From the NCBI GenBank assembly GCA_027065235.1, contig JAMOOR010000393.1, forward strand, positions 1 to 24,000: 24,000 bases of DNA, given 5' to 3'. This document shows positions 1 to 6,921 of this stretch, in pieces (position 1 is the stretch's first letter; each line of letters starts with the position of its first letter). This DNA comes from Thermotogaceae bacterium. Lineage in GTDB: Bacteria; Thermotogota; Thermotogae; Thermotogales; Thermotogaceae. The notes beneath the pieces were generated by a model. The model searched no databases. It was not told the DNA's origin and saw only the letters and a program-made list of their open reading frames with translations. The translations under genes were made by a program, and so were the position numbers.

Positions 1-182
1 CAAGGATGGTTGGTGGAGGCTTTGGCGGCGGGATAATAGTCCTATCAAAGCCTGGTGAGATAGAAGAAGTTTACAGGGATCTTTCAAAGAAATACCACGA
101 AAAATTCGGCTTTCACCCACGTTTCATAGAAATTGATAGCGATGATGGCGGTAGGAGTATAACATCAAAGCGAAAACCATAA
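1..182 (+). CDS. C-terminal fragment of a GHMP-family sugar kinase (galactokinase-like); the 5' end lies outside the window
   Basis: Frame 3 is open from the window edge to TAA at 180-182. It reads RMVGGGFGGGIIVLSKPGEIEEVYRDLSKKYHEKFGFHPRFIEIDSDDGGRSITSKRKP. The GGGFGGG stretch fits GHMP kinase motif III (GAGFGGC in galactokinases). It is absent from the ORF track because it has no in-window start. Confidence 0.6.
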   Translation, partial: RMVGGGFGGGIIVLSKPGEIEEVYRDLSKKYHEKFGFHPRFIEIDSDDGGRSITSKRKP

Positions 183-237
183 GATGATATTCTGATCGCT
201 TTCAAGTTAAAAGTCCCACTACCTACAATAACAAAAA

Positions 238-254
238 GCCCCCTTGAAGGGGGC
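238..254. terminator. Intrinsic terminator hairpin between convergent genes (kinase fragment + / ferredoxin -)
   Basis: GCCCCC(238-243)-TTGAA-GGGGGC(249-254), a perfect 6-bp GC stem. The minus-strand reading is followed by TTTTTGTT, a good terminator for ferredoxin. The plus-strand T-run is weaker (AATACTTTTAT). Confidence 0.75.
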
Positions 255-275
255 AATACTTTTATACAAGATTTC

Positions 276-532
<257 letters not shown>

Positions 533-559
533 ATCAAATTCTCCTTTTTCAAAGTGTAA

Positions 560-565
560 ATTATA
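560..565 (-). promoter_or_regulatory. Candidate -10 box (TATAAT) of a ferredoxin-leader promoter
   Basis: The minus strand reads GGTTTGTGTATAATTTACAC, with a perfect TATAAT at 565..560 about 100 nt upstream of the fdx ATG. The -35 is poor (TCTTCA at 17-nt spacing). Confidence 0.3.
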
Positions 566-749
566 CACAAACCAGATGGATATGAAGATATTATTCTGTT
601 GATAAAAAGAGGGAACAGAAGGTAACACAGCTCTCATTTTCATGCCAAGATTCATATAAGTGCAATATACAAATATATGATATCACTCAAAGTGCCTTTA
701 TAAGTTTTTTCTCATACTCAATAAACTCTAAAAAATCACAGAAATTCCT

Positions 750-842
750 TCAATATCCTGCAAAATTTACCAATATGGCATTCATCCTAGTCAGCATCAC
801 AATTATTCCAAAAAGTATCACTATAAACGGGAGTATTTTCAT
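750..842 (-). CDS. Candidate 30-aa single-pass membrane micro-protein (MKILPFIVILFGIIVMLTRMNAILVNFAGY), below the ORF-track cutoff
   Basis: The ATG at 842 is preceded by GGGGTGATTTT, the same SD type as neighbouring genes. It lies 16 nt after the TAG of the 653-aa gene. It has a hydrophobic 18-residue core and ends at TGA 752..750. Confidence 0.35.
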   Translation of the reverse strand: MKILPFIVILFGIIVMLTRMNAILVNFAGY

Positions 843-858
843 AAAATCACCCCATAAG

Positions 859-2820
859 CTAAAAGCTGTAAAAGAATCCTACATCAACTTCAAAACTCCT
901 TGGATAACTCCAATAAACAAAACCCGATATACCCGCTGACTGAGGCTTGAATATTGTTTCATAAAACGGGTAGTTTATCTCAAGACCAACTTTAAAAGCA
1001 GCTGTGTATTCCTGCTCAGGGACTGACCCATAATCATCTTCCGATTCTTCATAAGGTAAGACAACCTCTAATGAAATCTTTGGAGCTACTGCTATGGATT
1101 TGTTAAACAAGATGTACCACTTTCCATATCCTCCCAACGCGTAACCATTCAAGGAGGCACCCAAGATCATGCCAAAGGAGAATTTTTTGTTTGCAAAGAG
1201 GTCGCGTTTTGTGTATCCGACTTCTGTGTAGATTTCATTTGAGTTCATATTGAGAGAAACATCCATGCCAAAAAATGGCTTATAATCAAAATCTTCCAAA
1301 GCATAGTTCCCCATTTTTATCTTTGAGCTTTTTTCTAAATACCGGATTATCCTAGACACAGAACTTTTTTCTTTAACACCTGTAACTTTCACATAACCTT
1401 GAGTAAATCCATCATCTATTATCCTAAAGTAATAGCCTCTTTTTACACCATAATTCTTTCCTGCACTTATCTCAACATTGCTCCCTTTAATACTGCTCAC
1501 TTTTGCCTCTATCGCAAAGAACCGTCTTACATAATCCGATATTTCTTTTCCAAGTTTCTCATAAGCACTCTCAATAACCTCTTCTTTGTATTCTCCACGG
1601 ATAGAGCCAAACCTATCCTCTCTTATGCTTTCAGGAGATTTTATAGAAATGGTGAATTTCTTTGCAATTTTTAAATTTCCATTCTTACCATCGATTACAA
1701 TCACTAAAGCATCGATGAAGTAAGAGTGAAATGAGACATTCTCTATAAATATATCGTTGAAGCTACCAGCAGATATGTACTCATCCTCAGTTGCCCATGC
1801 CCCTTTCTTTACTCTTACATATTCACCTTTTTTCCTATCAGGTATATATCTTCCTGATTTTAAATCGAACCTATAATATTCACCTGCATAAACGGGTGTT
1901 GTTCCTATGTATTCTCCGTTAACCGGGTTGGGAAATTTAAGGTATTCTGTAGATTCCACCAATTCATACCTACTGTCTAGTATCTTCACCACTACAAGGT
2001 ATCTTGCTGGTTTAAGATATGTTCCGACTTCTCCCCCCCCACTTATGAGGTCTTGATATTTCATCTCCTTAAATAGGTAATTCAAGTATGATCTATCGTA
2101 CATAGTGTATCTATCTTCCTCATAGAAATATTTTTTCACAAAGTTTCCAAGAGGAGAAAGGCTGCCTTCATAAAAAGCTATTGTGGGTTTTTCTGTATAC
2201 ATCTTTTCTTTTCTCAAATCTATTTTTATGTTGTTAAGGATATCCATGTAGGAACTTCCACTAAGGACAAAGCCTTTCTGAAATAAGATGAAAGACGTTT
2301 TGAAATCGATAAATGTCAGTGAGGCGTATAGCCAGTATCTTCTGTCACTCACATACTTTACAACTTTTCTATAAAAACCTGTATAATAGGTGTACTTTTC
2401 GTTTTCATCCCTTGCCCACACAAAATTCATGAGACGAACATAATTTCCATATCTATCTGGTACATACTTTTTCTTTTTATAGTCGTATTTGTACAGCGTG
2501 CGATAGGCCTTATAGTAAGATCCAGCATATCTTACATAGCTCCCATTTTTGTCATCCCTGACAAAAACTACTTTCTTAAATCCTCTTTTACTTTCTTTGA
2601 AATCAGTTATATGAAAAATTAGTCCATATCTTGCCGGCCTTTCATTGGGATCCAACTTAAAAGCTTCAGCGGAATTTATAAGTATCTTTTTAATACCCTC
2701 TCCTATACTTTCTGGTATGGAAAGCGATTTGTCCTTCATAACAATTATTCTTACTCCAGTTGAAAATTCCATAATCGTTATAAGTAACATGACCAATACA
2801 ATTAACCGGGGCTTCACCAT
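859..2820 (-). CDS. Hypothetical exported envelope protein (653 aa). N-terminal signal/anchor, two Tyr/Lys-rich 'ARY...NG.Y...Y(K/R)(Y/F)D..K.(G)RY(V/I)PDR..G.YVR' modules, an SH3-like 'FAIEAKV..I.G..V.I.AG...GV..G' module, and a beta-barrel-like C-terminus ending ...VGFFYSF
   Basis: Long ORF with a strong SD (GGGGGTGATC, 6 nt before the ATG). The ATG overlaps the upstream stop (ATGGTGA). N-terminus MVKPR + LIVLVMLLITIM. The C-terminal ~140 aa show alternating hydrophobic/aromatic strands and a terminal Phe, as in OMP barrels. It is a paralogue of the upstream gene. I recognise no characterised family. Confidence 0.85.
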   Translation of the reverse strand: MVKPRLIVLVMLLITIMEFSTGVRIIVMKDKSLSIPESIGEGIKKILINSAEAFKLDPNERPARYGLIFHITDFKESKRGFKKVVFVRDDKNGSYVRYAGSYYKAYRTLYKYDYKKKKYVPDRYGNYVRLMNFVWARDENEKYTYYTGFYRKVVKYVSDRRYWLYASLTFIDFKTSFILFQKGFVLSGSSYMDILNNIKIDLRKEKMYTEKPTIAFYEGSLSPLGNFVKKYFYEEDRYTMYDRSYLNYLFKEMKYQDLISGGGEVGTYLKPARYLVVVKILDSRYELVESTEYLKFPNPVNGEYIGTTPVYAGEYYRFDLKSGRYIPDRKKGEYVRVKKGAWATEDEYISAGSFNDIFIENVSFHSYFIDALVIVIDGKNGNLKIAKKFTISIKSPESIREDRFGSIRGEYKEEVIESAYEKLGKEISDYVRRFFAIEAKVSSIKGSNVEISAGKNYGVKRGYYFRIIDDGFTQGYVKVTGVKEKSSVSRIIRYLEKSSKIKMGNYALEDFDYKPFFGMDVSLNMNSNEIYTEVGYTKRDLFANKKFSFGMILGASLNGYALGGYGKWYILFNKSIAVAPKISLEVVLPYEESEDDYGSVPEQEYTAAFKVGLEINYPFYETIFKPQSAGISGFVYWSYPRSFEVDVGFFYSF

Positions 2821-4088
2821 GATAGATCACCCCCAAAAGCCACTCCATTCGTGGATAATGCAACGTACGGATTCAGATTGAAAAATGAAAATCCACCGTA
2901 AATGCAATAGTTGTCTATAGATGAAGTGAATCCTATAAAGAAGTTTCCAAAAACACGGGCTCTAAAATCTACACCATAATTTATCTTACCTTTAAAGGGA
3001 TCATAGGAGATGAAAGAAGAGCCCGATGCCCTTTCCCTCCAATGGAGATCGATGATTCTTATTCCTAATGAAAGATATGCTCCGTTAAAAGTGGAGTAAC
3101 CAACACCAATATGAAGAAAAGAAGGGAATTTAAAATTTTGATTTTCTTTGAGCTCTTTTACGCTTTCCAATGGCACATCAGAAAGCTTTATAACCTCTGC
3201 TTCCGCCGAATCTTGTGTAACTTCCCTGACCATGAAAATATTTCCATTTCCCTCGAAAACCATTCCAGGTTTGATTCCTTCCTCTTTACCTTTATCTATT
3301 ATAACTATCATATCTTTTGCTTTTACAACTTCCGCCTCTATAGTGAACTTCTTCTTTAAATCGCTCAATACTTTCTTTGAAAGCTCTTCTGCAACCTCAC
3401 TTGTCCAGAGCTTTTCGTTATCATAATGTTTTATAAGATGTTTATTTAAACCATCATATGTATAGTAAACTCTTCTCCTTTTTAAGTCCTTTTTGAAATC
3501 ACCGCTGAGTTTTTTTTCAGTTCCATGATAGAGCACGTAACTGGCATTTATTTTTATTTCTACCCAGATTTCGTCAACGGGCAGCTTTCTATAAAAGTCC
3601 CCGGAGTAATAGTAGTATTTCCCATCAACCGATCTAACATATCTTCCCTCATCGTTAAGAATGTATCTTCCCTTTGAATAATCGTATTTGTACCATTTTC
3701 CCACGTATACCTTTATGAATTTCCCGTTAATCAATATGTAGTCGCCATTTTCATTGTCTTTTAGATATATCTTTCTCTTTTTAAACGTTTTTATGGAAAA
3801 GTTTTTTATGTTTAAAACCATCCTATATTCCGCATCCTTAAAGGTACCCGCCAAAAGATCCTCTGATGTGAAAAGATCCTGAAAGTTAACCTCTTTGAAT
3901 ACAACCTTAAAGGCTTCGGAAAAGTAAATATAAAATCTCTCCGAGTCGGTAATGCTGGATAGGGTGTAACCCTTTGCCACATCTGCCATCTGTCCAGAAC
4001 CAGAGAAGAGAAGTTGAACATAGGGTTTTGAGATTAAAATTGAAGCGGTCAAAATCAAGAAAACCAAGAGAAAAAATTTTCTCACCAC
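2814..4088 (-). CDS. Hypothetical exported envelope protein, shorter paralogue of 859-2820. It has one Tyr-rich module, an SH3-like 'FTIEAEVV...IDKGKEEGIKPG' module, and a beta-barrel-like C-terminus ending ...GGDLSW
   Basis: The ORF-track start is a TTG at 4103. GAGGGGG at 4102-4096 looks like the SD, so GTG at 4088 (or 4085) is the likelier start, giving MVRKFFLLVFLILTASILIS (n-region + h-region). Module, SH3-like and C-terminal regions align by eye with the downstream protein. Confidence 0.85.
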   Translation of the reverse strand: MVRKFFLLVFLILTASILISKPYVQLLFSGSGQMADVAKGYTLSSITDSERFYIYFSEAFKVVFKEVNFQDLFTSEDLLAGTFKDAEYRMVLNIKNFSIKTFKKRKIYLKDNENGDYILINGKFIKVYVGKWYKYDYSKGRYILNDEGRYVRSVDGKYYYYSGDFYRKLPVDEIWVEIKINASYVLYHGTEKKLSGDFKKDLKRRRVYYTYDGLNKHLIKHYDNEKLWTSEVAEELSKKVLSDLKKKFTIEAEVVKAKDMIVIIDKGKEEGIKPGMVFEGNGNIFMVREVTQDSAEAEVIKLSDVPLESVKELKENQNFKFPSFLHIGVGYSTFNGAYLSLGIRIIDLHWRERASGSSFISYDPFKGKINYGVDFRARVFGNFFIGFTSSIDNYCIYGGFSFFNLNPYVALSTNGVAFGGDLSW

Positions 4089-4108
4089 TATCAACCCCCT
4101 CAATTTGA

Positions 4109-4136
4109 AGTATACTATTCAATTGTGTTGACTCAA
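4109..4136 (-). promoter_or_regulatory. Candidate sigma70-type promoter for the 2814-4088 / 859-2820 operon
   Basis: The minus strand reads TTGAGT (4136..4131), a 16-nt spacer, then TATACT (4114..4109). The -10 lies ~20 nt upstream of the proposed start. Confidence 0.4.
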
Positions 4137-4152
4137 AAAGGGGTGATTTTTT

Positions 4153-4671
4153 GTGATAATTGCAATAACTGGAAAACCTGGAAGCGGAAAGACTACGATA
4201 GTTAAAGAAGTCGTGAAAAGAATTGGAGGAGTTGGATTTTACACGGAAGAAGTTAGAAAAGAAGGAAAAAGAATAGGATTTATGGCTGTGACTTCATGGG
4301 ATGAAAAAACTTGGATAGCAAAGGTTGGAACCGCCGGAGAAAAGAAGGTAGGGAAATACACCGTGCTTGTGGAGAATTTTGAAAACAAAGTGGTGAAGAA
4401 ACTGATATCAGAGATGAAAAAAGAAAGGCTGATATACATTGACGAAATAGGAAAGATGGAGATGCTATCGAATGAATTTAAAAAGATGGTTGGAGATATG
4501 CTGAACATGAAAAAGCTATTCATAGTGACCGTTCCTGTTAAAAACTTCAACCATCTTGTAAGAAAGGTCAAAGAAAAGGCAACTCTCATCATAGACGCTT
4601 GGGATTACTGGGATAACAAGGAAAAGGCTGTTGAAACTATAATTCAAGTAATTAAGTCTTCAAGTGTTTAA
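4153..4671 (+). CDS. THEP1-type nucleoside-triphosphatase (NTPase_1 family)
   Basis: GTG start with SD AAGGGGTGA 6 nt upstream. Walker A ITGKPGSGKTT sits at the extreme N-terminus and Walker B-like IYIDEIGKME follows. The ~170 aa size is typical of the Aquifex THEP1 family. Confidence 0.8.
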   Translation: MIIAITGKPGSGKTTIVKEVVKRIGGVGFYTEEVRKEGKRIGFMAVTSWDEKTWIAKVGTAGEKKVGKYTVLVENFENKVVKKLISEMKKERLIYIDEIGKMEMLSNEFKKMVGDMLNMKKLFIVTVPVKNFNHLVRKVKEKATLIIDAWDYWDNKEKAVETIIQVIKSSSV

Positions 4672-4727
4672 AACAATCCTTGTTTAGAAATAAATCATTC
4701 TAAAAGAATCCACCCAAGTTAACAAAA

Positions 4728-4749
4728 AAGCCGGCAAGAACGCCGGCTT
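4728..4749 (-). terminator. Intrinsic terminator after the epimerase gene
   Basis: AAGCCGGC-AAGAAC-GCCGGCTT. The minus-strand reading is followed by TTTTTTGTT directly after the TAG stop at 4752..4750. Confidence 0.8.
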
Positions 4750-5685
4750 CTACCTTTCCATTTTCTTTTTAAACCACTCAACCGTTTTTTTCAATCCTTC
4801 TTCAAGACTCACTTTTGGAGTCCAATTAAGAACCTTTGCTGCCTTTGAAACATCGAGGATGCTCTTTCTTAAATCTCCAGGTCTTGGCGGAGCGTATACA
4901 GGATCCTTTTCATAGCCAGTTATTTCCTTCAGCATTCTGAAAAGCTCATTGACAGTGGTCCCCTTTGATGTACCTATGTTGACAATTTCTCCATCAGCCT
5001 TATCCATAGCAGCCATGTTGGCTTCTACAACATCCCCAACAAATACATAGTCTCTTACATATTCTCCATCACCAAATATTTTGACTTCTTCGTTCTTAAG
5101 CATCCTCTCAGTAAATATAGCTACAACTCCTGCTTCTCCATAAGGATCCTGCTTTGGTCCATATACATTGCCGTACCTTAGAATTGTGTATCTCAGTCCG
5201 AATTCATGATTGAAGAATCTAAGATAGTTTTCCACGGAGAATTTAGCTATACCGTAGGGCGATATCGGTTTTGGGAACTCCGTTTCTGGAGTGGGAATCT
5301 TGGAAACTTCGTCTCCGTATATAGCCCCTCCAGTTGACGAGAAAATGAACTTCTCGACACTATACTCAACAGAAAGCTTGAGTAAATTCAGGGTACCAAT
5401 TATGTTTACATTTGCATCAAAGTCCGGTTCTCTAACAGACCTCGAAACACTTGCTTGAGCCGCTAGATGGAAAACATATCTAGGTTTGTGAAGCATAAAA
5501 ATTCTTTTGAGCATTTCTACGTCGGTTATATCATGTTCATAAAACAATACCTCTTGGGATAAATTCTCAACCTTTCCAGTTGAAAGATTATCTACAACTA
5601 TTACTCCCTCGCCCAATTCAGTAAGCTTTTCAACAAGGTTGGAGCCGATAAAACCGGCCCCACCCGTTACTAAGATATTACTCAT
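4750..5685 (-). CDS. galE: NAD-dependent NDP-sugar epimerase, extended SDR family (UDP-glucose 4-epimerase-like)
   Basis: TGGAGFIGS Rossmann motif, catalytic YGIAK (YxxxK) and ~311 aa. I moved the start to ATG 5685 (MSNILVTGGAGFIGS), which sits 1 nt after the upstream TAA and has GAGGTGAGGAG upstream. The ORF-track start at 5724 overlaps the preceding gene. Confidence 0.8.
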   Translation of the reverse strand: MSNILVTGGAGFIGSNLVEKLTELGEGVIVVDNLSTGKVENLSQEVLFYEHDITDVEMLKRIFMLHKPRYVFHLAAQASVSRSVREPDFDANVNIIGTLNLLKLSVEYSVEKFIFSSTGGAIYGDEVSKIPTPETEFPKPISPYGIAKFSVENYLRFFNHEFGLRYTILRYGNVYGPKQDPYGEAGVVAIFTERMLKNEEVKIFGDGEYVRDYVFVGDVVEANMAAMDKADGEIVNIGTSKGTTVNELFRMLKEITGYEKDPVYAPPRPGDLRKSILDVSKAAKVLNWTPKVSLEEGLKKTVEWFKKKMER

Positions 5686-5686
5686 T

Positions 5687-6151
5687 TTACTCCTCACCTC
5701 TTGAAAGTTTCTTACTTTCCTCAATAAAAGCTACCAGTTCCTCTGTCTTTTCCTCATTGAAGTCTTTGATTATCTCGTAGAACTTATCAAATCTATCTTT
5801 TACGCTTTCGTCAACATAGTGAGAGAAGCTTCTTGCCAATTTATCAGAAACCGTTGGCTCAAGTCCTATAACATTCATGAAGAAATCTCTGAACCTTGAC
5901 TGGAGCTCTTCCTTAACTTTTGCTCTCTCTTTTCCTTTTCTTGTAAGGGTTATCATGTTATATTTTTCGTAATTAACAAATCCAAGTTCAGAGAGTCTCT
6001 TCATGGCGTTGGTAACGCTTGGAAGGCTGACTCCAAGCCTTCTGGCTATCTGGCTAACCCTAGCTGCTGGCTGCTTCTTGGTTATCTCATATACTACTAC
6101 CAGGTAGTCTTCAAGATGGACTGTTATCTCCTTTTTTCTCCCTCTCCTCAT
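5687..6151 (-). CDS. DtxR/MntR-family metal-dependent transcriptional regulator
   Basis: LEDYLVVVYE...ARVSQIARRLGVSLPSVTNAMKRLSELGFV...ITLTRKGKERA is the DtxR-type winged-HTH pattern. The preferred start is ATG 6151, with AGGAGG 7 nt upstream. The ORF-track TTG at 6169 is less likely. Confidence 0.8.
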   Translation of the reverse strand: MRRGRKKEITVHLEDYLVVVYEITKKQPAARVSQIARRLGVSLPSVTNAMKRLSELGFVNYEKYNMITLTRKGKERAKVKEELQSRFRDFFMNVIGLEPTVSDKLARSFSHYVDESVKDRFDKFYEIIKDFNEEKTEELVAFIEESKKLSRGEE

Positions 6152-6165
6152 CTTCCTTCCTCCTT

Positions 6166-6768
6166 TCAAATTTTCCGATATTTGTCATAGTACTCTTTTA
6201 TTTTCTTCATATCCTGCATAGCAAGATCGTATGGTGATCCCGGACCCGTTGCTCTGTTCCTCAACAAATAACTCGGATGAAAGGTCGGGAAAAGTATTAT
6301 ACCACCTATCCATTCAAGTTCCCTGCCACGCATCTTGGTAATTGAGACTTTCTTCTCTAAAAAAAAGTTTAAAGCTGTCGCACCCAAAGTTACTATGACT
6401 TTAGGATTTACTATTTGGATTTGCGCTAAAAGGTGATGCGAACAAGTGAGCATCTCTTGGTTTGTGGGAACTCTGTTGTTTGGTGGTCTACATTTTACAA
6501 CATTCGTTATGTAGACTTTTTCTCTTGGAAGTCCCACTTCCTCCATCATCTGCGTTAACAACCTGCCGGCTCTTCCAACAAACGGCCTACCTGTTTTATC
6601 CTCTTCTTCCCCCGGCCCTTCTCCCACAAACATAACGGGTGAATCCAAGCTACCTTCACCGGGAACGGGATTTATCCTTGTAGGGCCAAGAGGACAGGCA
6701 AAACACTTTTCTATTCTCTTTATAACTACATCCATCAAATCTTCCTTTTTTATAATAAAGCTTTCCAT
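6166..6768 (-). CDS. udg: Family-4 (thermostable, Fe-S) uracil-DNA glycosylase
   Basis: CFACPL, VGEGPGEEED (motif A), NVVKCRPP and FHPSYLLRN (motif B) are the family-4 UDG hallmarks. Confidence 0.9.
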   Translation of the reverse strand: MESFIIKKEDLMDVVIKRIEKCFACPLGPTRINPVPGEGSLDSPVMFVGEGPGEEEDKTGRPFVGRAGRLLTQMMEEVGLPREKVYITNVVKCRPPNNRVPTNQEMLTCSHHLLAQIQIVNPKVIVTLGATALNFFLEKKVSITKMRGRELEWIGGIILFPTFHPSYLLRNRATGPGSPYDLAMQDMKKIKEYYDKYRKI

Positions 6769-6801
6769 TCCGCCTCCTCCTAAAGGAATACCTTCCAGCC
6801 T

Positions 6802-6829
6802 ATTATACTATAGAAACAAGTTTTATCAA
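6802..6829 (-). promoter_or_regulatory. Near-consensus sigma70-type promoter for the udg / DtxR-family / galE operon
   Basis: The minus strand reads TTGATA (6829..6824), a 16-nt spacer, then TATAAT (6807..6802). This lies ~35 nt upstream of the ATG at 6768, with GGAGGAGG between them. Confidence 0.55.
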
Positions 6830-6874
6830 AAGTATTTTTTTCGGCATCTTAAACAAAATACATCCCAAAGAAAA

Positions 6875-6893
6875 GCCCCGCAAAATGCGGGGC
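6875..6893 (-). terminator. Intrinsic terminator after the MalE-like gene
   Basis: GCCCCGC-AAAAT-GCGGGGC, a perfect 7-bp stem. The minus-strand reading is followed by TTTTCTTTGGG. Confidence 0.85.
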
Positions 6894-6921
6894 GGACAAT
6901 TCTGTTTGGATTATAGAATAG

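Noticed and set aside
1399-4592. Short ORFs antisense to, or in alternative frames of, the two envelope genes and the NTPase gene (1399-1674, 2645-2881, 3111-3359, 3148-3426, 3812-4021, 3907-4122, 4239-4592)
   Set aside because: Each lies entirely within a longer, better-supported ORF. Their translations are low-complexity (Ser/Phe/Ile-rich) and none has an SD.
5686-6169. ORF-track N-terminal extensions of galE (to 5724) and the DtxR-family gene (TTG at 6169); the same applies to apt outside this span (GTG 20119)
   Set aside because: Downstream ATGs have properly spaced GGAGG-type SDs and give canonical family N-termini. The extensions overlap upstream genes or lack an SD.
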